A stretch of DNA of 64,000 bases, taken from NCBI GenBank assembly GCA_002269645.1, contig NIVC01000660.1:372001-436000 (forward strand). Direction: 5' to 3'. Under the pieces are notes generated by a model, which saw nothing but the letters and a program-made list of their open reading frames with translations, was not told the DNA's origin and searched no databases. Positions 10,501 through 21,848 of the stretch are shown here, one piece after another. Every line of letters starts with the position of its first letter. Positions within the stretch are counted from its first letter, which is position 1. The position numbers were made by a program, and so were the translations under genes. This DNA is from Macrostomum lignano. Lineage: Eukaryota.

Positions 10501-12903
10501 AGTGTCGGGTGATGGCTTTAATTAGTGTCAGATGGTGGCTTGAATTAGTGTCAGATGATGGCTTGAATTAGTGTCAGATGATGGGTTGAATTAGTGTCAG
10601 ATGATGGCTTGAATTAGTGTCAGGTGATGGGTTGAATTAGTGTCAGGTGATGGGTTGAATTAGTGTCAGGTGATGGCTTGAATTAGTGTCAGGTGATGGG
10701 TTGAATTAGTGTCAGATGGTGGTTTGGATTTGTGTCAGGTGATGGCTTGAATAAGTGTCAGATGATGGCTTGAATTAGTGTCAGGTGATGGGTTGAATTA
10801 GTGTCAGGTGATGGCTTGAATTAGTGTCAGGTGATGGGTTGAATTAGTGTCAGATGGTGGTTTGGATTTGTGTCAGGTGATGGCTTGAATTAGTGTCAGA
10901 TGATGGCTTGAATTAGTGTCAGGTGATGGGTTGAATTAGTGTCAGGTGATGGCTTGAATTAGTGTCAGGTGATGGGTTGAATTAGTGTCAGATGGTGGTT
11001 TGGATTTGTGTCAGGTGATGGCTTGAATTAGTGTCAGATGATAGCTTGAATTAGTGTCAGATGATGGCTTGAATTAGTGTCATGATGGGTTGAATTAGTG
11101 TCAGATGATGGCTTGAATTAGTGTCAGATGATGGGTTGAATTAGTGTCAGATGATGGCTTGAATTAGTGTCAGGTGATGGGTTGAATTTGTGTCAGATGA
11201 TGGCTTGAATTAGTGTCAGATGATGGGTTGAATTAGTGTCAGATGATGGCTTGAATTAGTGTCAGGTGATGGGTTGAATTAGTGTCAGATGATGGCTTGA
11301 ATTAGTGTCAGATGTCAGTGTCATTAAGTGTCAGATAATGATGATTTGACACTTTCACCGCAGCTGCTGGACAAAGTCAGCCTCGCAGACCTTCGAGAAG
11401 CCTGGGAGCGGCCGTCGCACCAGCTGGAATTGGCTCAGTGCCAGCCGGACTGTGCCAGGTCCGAGCTGCGCTACCTAAGAGAAGCCGGCGGCGCCAATCA
11501 GTACGTTGCCACGGCAACGGAACCCTGCTTGTTGCCAAGCGTTGACCGACTGTTGGCTATGGAACGGCGCTTCACGGTGGCCATCATTCGCGAGGAGGGG
11601 TCCAACGGCGACAGGGAGATGGCCGCTGCCTTCTACGCCGCTGGCTTTCGAGTCTTGGACGTCACCACTGGCGACCTGGCTGCCGACGGCGACGGCGAAG
11701 ACGGGGTCAGCCTAGCCGACTGTCGCGGCGTGGCGTTTGTTGGCGGATTCAGCTATGCCGACGTGCTGGGCTCCGCCAAGGGCTGGGCAGCTCAGGTGAG
11801 AGATGTGCTCACGGCTAAAGTCGAATCCCAAATCCCAATGAAGAAGTATCCCCTATCTTCCCTTTTATCCCAACGGGGAAAACATCCTACAATAATATAT
11901 CTCCCGCTGAACCTAACGGAGAAATATCCCGTTTCTCCCCTTAATCCCAACGGAGAATTATCCCATATCAGTCCTTAATCCCAACGGAGAAATATCCCAT
12001 TTCTCCCCTTAATCCCAACGGATTAATATCCCATTTCTCTCTTTAATCCCAACGGAGAATTATCCCATATCAGTCCTTAATCCCAGCGGAGAAATATTCC
12101 ATATCAGTCCTTAATCCCAGCGGAGAAATATTCCATATCAGTCCTTAATCCCAGCGGAGAATTATCCCATATCAGTCCTTAATCCCAACGGAGAAATACC
12201 CCATTTCTTACTTAATCCCATGTCCTTCATCCAATTTTTAAGTCCCCTTGTCTCTTTCAATTCCCAATGCAAAGCAAGATCCCCACTAATCTCCGCGCAG
12301 GTGCAATTTCATCCCAGCGTTCGTCGCGAACTGGACGCCCTCCGTCGCCGTGGCAACAGTTTCAGCCTGGGCGTGTGCAACGGCTGCCAGCTCATGGCTC
12401 GCATCGGCTGGCTTGACGGCGACTCCGATAGCGGCAGCAGCGACTCCAGCGCCCCGGTGACCTTGGAGCCGAACTTAAGCGGCCGTTTCGAGTCTCGCTA
12501 TCCGACTGTCCGAGTTTTGCCAACTTCTTGTCCGCTGCTTCGCGGCATGTCGGACAGCCGGCTGGGCGTGTGGAGCGCCCACGGCGAGGGCCGGTTCTCG
12601 GTGGCCTCGGCCGACAGCCTGCTAGCGGCTGGCCGGGTGCCGCTGGTGTACGTCGATCAGGCTGGCGAGGCCACAGAGTCGTATCCGTGCAATCCGAACG
12701 GCTCGCCTAAAGGCTTGGCGGCCGTCTGCAGCCCTTGCGGCCGTCACCTGGCGATGATGCCGCATCCGGAGCGCAGCTTCCTCACCTGGCAGTGTCCGGC
12801 TGGACAGCAAGCGTCTACTAATAGTAGTGATGACAATAAGCTGGCGTCGCCTTGGTTTAAAATGTTTGTCAACGCCTACGAGTTCTGCTGCGAGACCGAA
12901 TGA
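4520..12903 (+). CDS. PFAS: Phosphoribosylformylglycinamidine synthase (FGAM synthase, PurL-type), 8 exons, ~1400 aa
   Basis: Exons 4520-5300, 6126-6462, 7190-7709, 8189-8620, 9261-9779, 9904-10476, 11364-11795, 12301-12903; all GT-AG and phase-compatible. Motifs [79 protein letters not shown] (glutaminase Cys), MMPHPER. Confidence 0.97.
5332..6120. repeat. 38-39-bp minisatellite with a 115-bp trimeric higher-order repeat, PFAS intron 1
   Basis: ACGGGATATCCCAAG recurs at 5577, 5692, 5807 and 5922 (spacing 115). Confidence 0.93.
6500..7167. repeat. Compound C-rich array: ~35-bp units, then 28-bp GATCCTCAGTTGCTGGGCCAGCCTCCCA, PFAS intron 2
   Basis: Tandem units; the 28-bp unit and its GAGTGTCAG variant recur reverse-complemented at 60465-61150. 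Confidence 0.95.
7724..8101. repeat. 35-bp minisatellite (GAAGCTGAAATACCCCCTGATTGAGATCTGCTAAT), PFAS intron 3
   Basis: About 11 tandem copies starting ~15 bp after the donor. Confidence 0.95.
8626..9222. repeat. 45-bp minisatellite, PFAS intron 4
   Basis: TGAGAATGGATTGCTA recurs every 45 bp from 5 bp after the donor; the terminal degenerate unit supplies a CTAAT branch-like motif. Confidence 0.95.
10502..11332. repeat. 23-bp minisatellite (GTCAGATGATGGCTTGAATTAGT), PFAS intron 6
   Basis: About 36 copies; many variants contain CAG|GTGA. Confidence 0.95.
11920..12235. repeat. 34-bp minisatellite (CTTAATCCCAACGGAGAATTATCCCATATCAGTC), PFAS intron 7
   Basis: About 9 tandem copies. Confidence 0.9.
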
Positions 12904-13524
12904 AAGACTGAAGCTGCTCAAACTATTTTGCGAGTATCAATATTAATATATGCGACTTGCAACTCAATAAGAACTATCAAGGTCGAAAACTATCTAGTAT
13001 CTCTGTAATCCTAGTTGAATCAATTATGCATTAAGCATTTCCACTACAGCCACAAACAATAATCTCATATTGTTCGGTAATATTAGTCACGATTTTATTT
13101 GTATGTTTTTCAATGCAAATTTCAGTTTTTTTAGTGTTTTTAATTACATCATTAAATTGATTTATAGTTATAGTTTATATCACATGAATGTAGTTTGTTT
13201 AATTCGTTTCGGTATGTTGACTGACCATCTTTATGATTTTGAACCAATTATGAATCTATGATAAAATTTCCAGTTCTTGTAGGTTGGCATTTTTAATTGA
13301 TGCATTGATTGACAGTTGTCTGCCATTTTTCCAATATATTTTGTATGCTAGCACTAGTTGTTATTTTAGTTCTATGCCAAATACAGAGTATTTAATCAAT
13401 AATAAATAGGAATAAGTTGACTAAATTTAGCTAATAATGAATTGTTAAATGTTTTTTTAGATTTCTTTTTTGGATCTTTCAATTCTATTATTTATTTTTC
13501 CCCTTTCAAATCACTGCTGCTTCC

Positions 13525-14658
13525 TGTTCAATAGGAATGACACCTGTTCATTAAGAATGACACCTGTTCACTAAGAATGACACCTGTTCATTAAGAATGG
13601 CACCTGTTCATTAAGAATGACACCTGTTCATTAAGAATGACACCTGTTCATTAAGAATGACACCTGTTCACTAAGAATGACACCTGTTCATTAAGAATGA
13701 CACCTGTTCATTAAGAATGACACCTGTTCATTAAGAATGGCACCTGTTCACTAAGAATGACACCTGTTCACTAAGAATGACACCTGTTCATTAAGAATGG
13801 CACCTGTTCATTAAGAATGACACCTGTTCATTAAGAATGACACCTGTTCATTAAGAATGACACCTGTTCACTAAGAATGACACCTGTTCATTAGGAATGA
13901 CACCTGTTCATTAAGAATGGCACCTGTTCACTAAGAATGACACCTGTTCATTAAGAATGACACCTGTTCACTAAGAATGACACCTGTTCATTAAGAATGA
14001 CACCTGTTCACTAAGAATGACACCTGTTCACTAAGAATGACACCTGTTCACTAAGAATGACACCTGTTCATTAAGAATGACACCTGTTCACTAAGAATGA
14101 CACCTGTTCATTAAGAATAACACCTGTTCACTAAGAATGACACCTGTTCACTAATAATGACACCTGTTCACTAATAATGACACCTGTTCACTAATAATGA
14201 CACCTGTTAATTCAGAATGACACCTGTTCATCAAGAATGACACCTGTTCATTAAGAATGACACCTGTTCATTAAGAATGACACCTGTTCATTAAGAATGA
14301 CACCTGTTCACTAAGAATGACACCTGTTCACTAAGAATGACATCTGTTCATTCAGAATGACACCTGTTCACTAAGAATGACACCTGTTCACTAAGAATGA
14401 CACCTGTTCACTAAGAATGACACCTGTTCATTAAGAATGACACCTGTTCATTCAGAATGACACCTGTTCATTCAGAATGACACTTGTTCATTAAGAATGA
14501 CACTTGTTCATTAAGAATGACACCTGTTCATTAAGAATGACACCTGTTCAATAAGAATGACACCTGTTCATTCAGAATGACACTTGTTCATTAAGAATGA
14601 CACTTGTTCATTAAGAATGACACCTGTTCATTAAGAATGACACCTGTTCATTAAGAAT
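13525..14658. repeat. 20-bp minisatellite (AAGAATGACACCTGTTCATT), ~56 copies
   Basis: Near-perfect tandem array; most units carry CACCTG. Confidence 0.97.
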
Positions 14659-14741
14659 CAGAGCCTCAGTTCAATAAAAATACGAACTACTAAAAACGAT
14701 TCAATATTAAACAAAAATAAATAAAATAAGCAAAGATGAGC

Positions 14742-15780
14742 GCCTGTCACAAATTCATCTAGGTTGGGGCATCTGTCACAAATTCATCTAGGTTGGGGCA
14801 CCTGTCACAAATTCATCTAGGTTGGGGCACCTGTCACAAATTCATATAGGTTGTGGCACCTGTCACAAATTCATCTAGGTTGTGGAACCTGTCACAAATT
14901 CATCTAGGTTGTGGCACCTGTCACAAATTCATCTAGGTTGGGGCACCTGTCACAAATTCATCTAGGTTGGGGCACCTGTCACAAATTCATCTAGGTTGGG
15001 GCACCTGTCACAAATTCATCTAGGTTGTGGCACCTGTCACAAATTCATCTAGGTTGTGGCACCTGTCACAAATTCATCTAGGTTGTGGCATCTGTCACAA
15101 ATTCATCTAGGTTGGGGCACCTGTCACAAATTCATCTAGGTTGGGGCACCTGTCACAAATTCATCTAGGTTGGGGCACCTGTCACAAATTCATCTAGGTT
15201 GTGGCACCTGTCACAAATTCATCTAGGTTGTGGCACCTGTCACAAATTCATCTAGGTTGGGGCATCTGTCACAAATTCATCTAGGTTGGGCCGCCTGTCA
15301 CAAATTCATCTAGGTTGGGGCACCTGTCACAAATTCATCTAGGTTGTGGCACCTGTCACAAATTCATCTAGGTTGTGGAACCTGTCACAAATTCATCTAG
15401 GTTGGGGCACCTGTCACAAATTCATCTAGGTTGGGGCACCTGTCACAAATTCATCTAGGTTGGGGCACCTGTCACAAATTCATCTAGGTTGGGGCACCTG
15501 TCACAAATTCATCTAGGTTGTGGCACCTGTCACAAATTCATCTAGGTTGTGGCACCTGTCACAAATTCATCTAGGTTGGGGCACCTGTCACAAATTCATC
15601 TAGGTTGGGCCGCCTGTCACAAATTCATCTAGGTTGGGGCACCTGTCACAAATTCATCTAGGTTGGGCCGCCTGTCACAAATTCATCTAGGTTGGGGCAC
15701 CTGTCACAAATTCATCTAGGTTGTGGCACCTGTCACAAATTCATCTAGGTTGTGGCACCTGTCACAAATTCATATAGGTT
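14742..15780. repeat. 29-bp minisatellite (CACCTGTCACAAATTCATCTAGGTTGGGG), ~36 copies
   Basis: Near-perfect tandem array; shares CACCTGT with the adjacent array. Confidence 0.97.
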
Positions 15781-16122
15781 AACCCGCATCGATTTGCAGT
15801 GTGGGATCTGCTTCAATTTAAAGGAGATACTCATATAGTCTAGCCAATTCTTTATCAAATGATTTTTCTATCATTTTCTACCAGAAGCATTGTATTGAAA
15901 CAATCAAACAAACAATAGAAAAAAACAGGTTCGGCGGCTGGAATCCTTTGATGTCGATTCCCAGATTCTCAGAGCATTTATTGCATGGCGATCAAGATAA
16001 ACCAAGGGGGCGCAGACAGGAGGAAGCAATTTTTTAATCTGATTTCTTTCTGTTGCTAGTGGGTTGCTAAGCAAACAGAGAAGTGATCCGCTTTAGACAA
16101 AGGAATTCTAGAGCCAGAGCAA

Positions 16123-16157
16123 TTTATATATTCTGTCGGCCGTCATCAAAGTCAGTC
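16123..16157 (+). promoter_or_regulatory. Candidate TATA box plus initiator of lectin gene 1
   Basis: TTTATATA at 16123-16130 and TCAGTC at 16152-16157, ~50 bp before the ATG. Confidence 0.4.
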
Positions 16158-16203
16158 TGAGGCTGGAGCGAACAGTTGAAGCTGCCATACGACAAATTTC
16201 GTC

Positions 16204-16929
16204 ATGACGAAACCATTCGCAGTCATCATCGCGCTGGTGATCCTTCCAGCCTCCTTGGCCGCCTGTCCATCACCCTACACCCTGGTGAATGGGTTCTGCC
16301 TGTTCTGGAACCTGTCGGACACAAAGCGATCCTGGTGGGACTCGGCCAGGTTCTGCCAGAGCATCAACGGGGAGCTGGCACTCGGCATCGAGCGCGCCAG
16401 AGCCGTCAGGCCGCTGATTGGCGGCTCGCAGCTCTGGATCGGTGCCAACGACTTCTTAGTCGAGCGCTACCGCAACCGCACCGGCTGGCTGTGGGCCAAC
16501 GGCACCCAGCTGCCCGAACTGGGCGATTCCGACTGGTCGCCAGGCATGCCGGACGACCAGTCCCGGAACGACGACTGCATGGTCATCAGGGGGAACGGTC
16601 TGATGGACGCCTGTACCAAATGTAAGAAGGCCTGCCTGTGCCAGCCGGTGCAGACTCCAAACAGCAGCACTTTTGAGCCGGCCGACTTCCTCCAGCTGGG
16701 TGATATTACTCCATTCTACTGCTCCACGGATATTGAGGTTGAGAAGGATGTGAAAGCCGGCTTGTTCCGCTGTTTGGACGCCTGCGCCTCCCGCTGGGAG
16801 TGCCGGGCCGCGCTGGTCAACACCAAGCTGGGCCGCTGCCGCATGTTGGACTATTCGGATGCGAGCGTTGGGGATGGCATTGAGAAGAATCCCGACTGGC
16901 GCAAGTTTGTCAAGGTGCTGACCGGCTGA
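16204..16929 (+). CDS. Secreted C-type lectin domain + PAN/apple-like domain protein, 241 aa, single exon
   Basis: Hydrophobic signal peptide; CPSPY...C, W..A..FC, LWIG, W.W.NG, W.PGMPD...DC; C-terminal C...CLDACASRWEC...CR module. Confidence 0.88.
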   Translation: MTKPFAVIIALVILPASLAACPSPYTLVNGFCLFWNLSDTKRSWWDSARFCQSINGELALGIERARAVRPLIGGSQLWIGANDFLVERYRNRTGWLWANGTQLPELGDSDWSPGMPDDQSRNDDCMVIRGNGLMDACTKCKKACLCQPVQTPNSSTFEPADFLQLGDITPFYCSTDIEVEKDVKAGLFRCLDACASRWECRAALVNTKLGRCRMLDYSDASVGDGIEKNPDWRKFVKVLTG

Positions 16930-18150
16930 TGGGGTGGAGTGGCAGATTGAGTAGAGTGGCAGATTGGGTAGAGTGACAGATAAGGTAGAGTGACAGATAA
17001 GGTAGAGTGACAGATAAAGTAGAGTGACAGATAAAGTAGAGTGACAGATAAGGTAGAGTGACAGATAAGGTAGAGCGACAGATAAGGTAGAGTGACAGAT
17101 AAGGTAGAGTGACAGATGGAGTAGAGTGGCAGATGGGGTAGAGTGGCGGATTGGGTAGAGTGGCAGATTGGGTAGAGTGGCAGATGGGGTAGAGTGGCAG
17201 ATTGGGTAGAGTGACAGATAAGGTAGAGTGACAGATAAGGTAGAGCGACAGATAAGGTAGAGTGGCAGATTGGGTAGAGTGACAGATGGGGTAGAGTGGC
17301 AGATGGGGTAGAGCGACAGATAAGGTAGAGCGACAGATAAGGTAGAGTGACAGATAAGGTAGAGTGACAGATGGAGTAGAGTGGCAGATGGGGTAGAGTG
17401 GCAGATTGGGTAGAGTGACAGATAAGGTAGAGTGACAGATAAGGTAGAGCGACAGATAAGGTAGAGTGGCAGATTGGGTAGAGTGACAGATGGGGTAGAG
17501 TGGCAGATGGGGTAGAGCGACAGATAAGGTAGAGCGACAGATAAGGTAGAGTGACAGATAAGGTAGAGTGACAGATGGAGTAGAGTGGCAGATTGGGTAG
17601 AGTGGCAGATTGGGTAGAGTGGCAGATGGGGTAGAGTGGCAGATTGGGTAGAGTGACAGATAAGGTAGAGTGGCAGATTGGGTAGAGTGACAGATGGGGT
17701 AGAGTGGCAGATGGGGTAGAGCGGCAGATTGGGTAGAGTGGCATATTGGGTAGAGTAGCAGATTGGGTAGAGTGGCATATTGGGTAGAGTAGCAGATTGG
17801 GTAGAGTGGCATATTGGGTAGAGTAGCAGATTGGGTAGAGTGGCATATTGGGTAGAGTAGCAGATTGGGTAGAGTAGCAGATTGGGTAGAGTGGCAGATT
17901 GGGTAGAGTGGCATATTGGGTAGAGTAGCAGATTGGGTAGAGTGGCATATTGGGTAGAGTAGCAGATTGGGTAGAGTGGCATATTGGGTAGAGTAGCAGA
18001 TTGGGTAGAGTGGCATATTGGGTAGAGTAGCAGATTGGGTAGAGTAGCAGATTGGGTAGAGTGGCAGATTGGGTAGAGTGGCATATTGGGTAGAGTAGCA
18101 GATTGGGTAGAGTGGCATATTGGGTAGAGTAGCAGATTGGGTAGAGTAGC
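16930..18150. repeat. 17-bp minisatellite (ATTGGGTAGAGTGGCAG and variants), ~70 copies
   Basis: Starts immediately after the lectin stop; produces three overlapping minus-strand pseudo-ORFs. Confidence 0.96.
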
Positions 18151-18784
18151 AGATGAAGTAGGAATACATTCCAGAAGCTACTCAAGACAGTAGTGTTTGA
18201 GCTCTGCCTACTAGGAATTTTTCGTTGGTCTTTAAGTTTCTGTCTGTCCGTTTTTTTTATCAATTTTCGTTGAACTGTTTATATTTTTCCTATACTTTTC
18301 CATTGTCATTTTCAACAGTTTTTAGTGTCTGTTTTTAGTTATCTGTGTTTTGGAAATTACTTATTTAATTAAAATCTACTTTAATTGAGCTGAAGCAATT
18401 GTAGTCATTCAAAAATAATTATCAATTACTACTCTTCTTTTTATGCATTAACTTAAGCACCTCCTATTTAATCAACTGGAGAGGTCCAAATTCGATTTGT
18501 CTCATTCGATCTGTGAATTTGAAAATAAACATGCTGTTGTGAAATTGACAGGCTGTTATATAGTCTAGTTGTGTAAAACAGCACACGGACAAGATCTTAC
18601 TTACTACTTACTATAGATAGTAGTAGTCTCAATGCATCGATGCAAAAAATACTCTGAAAATACTTTAAGTATGAGTGTACTTTAAGTGTACATGCCTGAC
18701 GATTAGAAAGTCAGGGCTCAAATAAAAATCCCTGGATCAGTGTGATCGACCCGTGGCAGGTGAGAGAGGTACAACTGATAGGCT

Positions 18785-19110
18785 TCCGTAGCCCAGTGCA
18801 TGGTCCATGTGGTCAATGTGATGTGCCAGCGGCCCAGGCTCGATTCCAAGTGCAGTCACATTAATTTGGGGCTGAATTGGAATTTCGGCTTGGCTCTGCT
18901 CGTGCAATTAACAGGGCCAAACCTCCAAGGCGCAGTGAAGTGTACATGCCTAACGATAAAAATAAAGTTAGGGCCGCTGTACACTCCTGTGTGCCTGTGC
19001 GTATGACTGCGTACGTATCCGCGCGCTTGTGTGCCTGCTCAGGGGAGTCTGCGGAGTGGGCAGCAATGCCTCTCGCCAGTTGTGAGCTGTCTGAGACTGC
19101 GCCGTTATCG
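18785..19110 (+). mobile_element. SINE family A, near full length (tRNA-like head, central hairpin)
   Basis: B-box-like GGCTCGATTCC at ~18837; hairpin GTGTACA...TGTACAC at 18940-18984; extra fragment at 18686-18717. Confidence 0.75.
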
Positions 19111-19669
19111 CCGGCTTCAGGGCCTTCGTTAGCTTCCGTTTGTCTGCTGGTTGGTGATTGTCCTGCTAGTTGCTAACACCCGTGAAAAATTGTCAGAAAT
19201 ATATGAATTTTATTCATACTTGGCTCTACTTTGCTCTCGGGACTTTTTTCTACTATTAGTATTACATTAAGTGAATGATGTGCCCGTTCGTGAAGTTCGT
19301 CTAAAGTTCAATTTTAAGAGAGGGACAGAGTGGCCCAGTGATAATTTTGGGCGTTTGACTCTTAACAAAAAGCGTAACGTGCGCAGAGGGGGGGGCAGAG
19401 GGCCGTGTCCCCCTCCACAATAGCCGGTAGAAAATTGCACTTCTCCAGAAACTAAATGAAACAGGCTGGTTAATCTCGACGAATGACGGCTTTTGAAATT
19501 TTGCTATCTCTTGGATGTGGCACCCACCTGTCTCGCGCCCACCAAGAGACTGAGGCGAAGTCTGCTCATTCCTTATTCAACTGTCACCTGTATTAATAAG
19601 TAGAAAATAACAATTTAGTTAGTCTTTTGGCAGACAGTCAAAGGCAGAACTTCGCAAGCTAATGAGGAG

Positions 19670-19939
19670 GTAAGCAAGTGACAACCGAAGTTCGACCTGT
19701 CTCGCCCGGCCCCTGCATCCATTCTTTCTTTCAGTACAGTTTAATTACTATAAAAAGCCGCGAACTTTGTACAGCACAATATAATAGTTTTGCACAATGG
19801 CTTTCAACGAGTGTACACTGTTGGAAGAGGCAGACTTACTGTAAGTTGCTGTATATAGTGTCAGAGAGAAGTTTCTACCAAAACCTTCTCAAATAATACT
19901 GTTTTTTAATCTAAATTTGACGCTAACTTCGGCTTCCAG
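19670..19939 (+). other. 5'-UTR intron of the Vav-like gene
   Basis: GAG|GTAAGC donor, CTAAC branch motif at 19923-19927, TTCCAG acceptor 5 nt before the ATG. Confidence 0.6.
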
Positions 19940-19944
19940 AGGCC

Positions 19945-21848
19945 ATGTCAGTTGAAAGCCGGCGAGTCAAGGAGTGCATCGAGCATATCCGAGCTCTGCT
20001 ATCGTCGCCAGACTTTGCAGACGGGTGCACCACCTCTTTGGAGCTGTGCGAGTTGCTAAGCGATGGCGAGATTCTTTGCAGCGTGCTGGCAGAGCTGAGC
20101 CAAGGACAGGACCTTGCTGAGGTGGCCTACACGTCCTACTACATGCGCAACTCGCAGCTGTTGGCCAGGCGCAATATTCGCAACTTCCTGCGTCAATGCT
20201 GGACCGCATTCGGCACCAGCGAGAAGGAGCTGTTCGAAGTGGACGACCTCGTAGAGATGAACGACCCCGATCGCGTCGTGTGGGTTTTGCACGGCCTGCT
20301 CCAGCGGAGATCGAAAGCTGCTCAATCGCGAGACAGCGGGATCCTGGCCAATGTTGTGCAGGAGATCTGCGATCACGAGAGGCAGCTCACTGAGAAGCTG
20401 CTCAAAGTGCTACTATTTCGCAAAGAACTCCTGGGCATCCTGTCCGAATGGGACGAGGAGCTGGTCGCTGTTGTGTTCAGGTACACTGACCAGCTCTACC
20501 TGCTGCACAAGCAGCTCCACAGCAAGCTCACCGCTCTAGCTTCGAAGGGTTGCGAGCACTTCTGCCAGAACATTTCCTCCGTATTCGCCGGCATGCTGCC
20601 TCGAATTGAAATCTATTTTCAGTATTTTTCGCACCTGCCAACGGCTAATGCTAGATTGAAGGCCGAATTGGAGCGGTTTCCTGAGAAGAACGACCAGTTG
20701 GAGATGCTTGAGAAGCTTATATGTGACCCAAACACCTTTAATTACGTTTACGACGCTCCAATTCGTCAGCTGCCCAACTACCAGCAGCTTTTCATCCGGT
20801 TAGAAAAGACCGCTAAAAAGGAGGCTCCAGAAACTCTGCCATCCGTGTCCAAGGCTCTCTCCGACCTGAAGTCCCTGCTGACAAGGGCCGACGTCTACCA
20901 GAGCGAGGCTCAACAGACTGACGACACCATCGTGGTGCTGTCCGAGGTTACTGGTCTGAAGGCGGAGCTCAGGCAGCCGTCCGAGATCGGGCTGCTGCAG
21001 GCAGACGCGTCGTTTCGTGTTCGCTACCGGCCTCGGGCAGCCAGGGGGAGCGCAAGGAGATCAGAGAGCTGTGCAACTGCATTCTCACAACCAAGTATCT
21101 CTTTGTAGCGTCCAGAGCTACGAAGAAAGATCCTCTGTGCCATTGGATGTCCGTGCCAATGGATCAGGTGCAGGGCGTGAAACGCAAGGACGCGACAACT
21201 CTGGAGATTGCTCTCGAGGCCGGGGCTCGGTTGAAGCTCGAGAAGCACAAGTCACCGCGGGATGCCGACCCGGCTGATTGGATCGAGTTGCTCAATAAGG
21301 CCAAGGCCGACTGTTTCCCAACTGGCTGGGATAAGAACGGGCACGAGTTCAAGCTCACTACATTCTCGTCTGGCACGGAATGCCAGGGCTGCGGCGGTAT
21401 CATGAACGGCACCGTACTGCAGGGCTACCTGTGCAACAACTGCGGCTGCCGTGTTGACCGGGCCTGCTTCGAGGCCCAAGCCAAAAAGAATTGCCAGCCA
21501 CGGCGCATCTCTCAGCCGTCGAATTTTTGTTCGGAAGACTTCTTTCATCGAACAGCGAACCGAGATAGAGCGGCCGAGCTGCTCAAGTACAAAGAGAACG
21601 GCGCCTTTCTAATTCGACCGAAAGGCAGCAGTGATGAGGGCAGAGTGCTGTCTCTCAATGTCTCAGGCGACGTTGTACATATTGAGATACTCCGAAAGGA
21701 CGGCCAGTACGGACTGGGCCTCAACCAGAAGCGCTGGTTCCCCACCATGGAGGGATTGATCAGCTATTATAGAAGTACGAACATGTCTCGTCACTTCAGC
21801 AACCTGAACTGCACGCTGACAAGAGGCGTGCCCCCGACAGCTGACTGA
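19945..21848 (+). CDS. vav: Vav-like Rho-GEF/adaptor (CH-DH-PH-C1-SH2), ~634 aa, intronless CDS with one -1 frame break at ~21044-21048
   Basis: CH (ELLSDGEILC...NIRNFLRQC...ELFEVDDL), degenerate DH (EICDHE; PIRQLPNYQQL), PH split across frames, C1 (HEFK...CQGC...QGYLCNNC), SH2 (GAFLIRP...HIEI). Adding one G to the G5 run fuses ORFs 19945-21108 and 21147-21848. Confidence 0.85.

Noticed and set aside
4520-12903. Bacterial purL contamination or recent horizontal transfer
   Set aside because: Seven phase-consistent spliceosomal introns and a eukaryotic large-PurL layout.
16456-18263. Long minus-strand ORFs (419-542 aa)
   Set aside because: Translations of a stop-free 17-bp array, open in all three frames and antisense to the lectin.
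18960-18985. Pistol-ribozyme-like GTTAGGGCC in SINE A
   Set aside because: The P1 stem and the CCCUAA pseudoknot partner are absent.
21040-21050. Programmed -1 ribosomal frameshift in Vav-like or lectin 2
   Set aside because: No X XXY YYZ slippery heptamer; homopolymer error is simpler. Frame-restoring 26-32-nt micro-introns exist at the Vav site but would delete the PH beta-1 strand.
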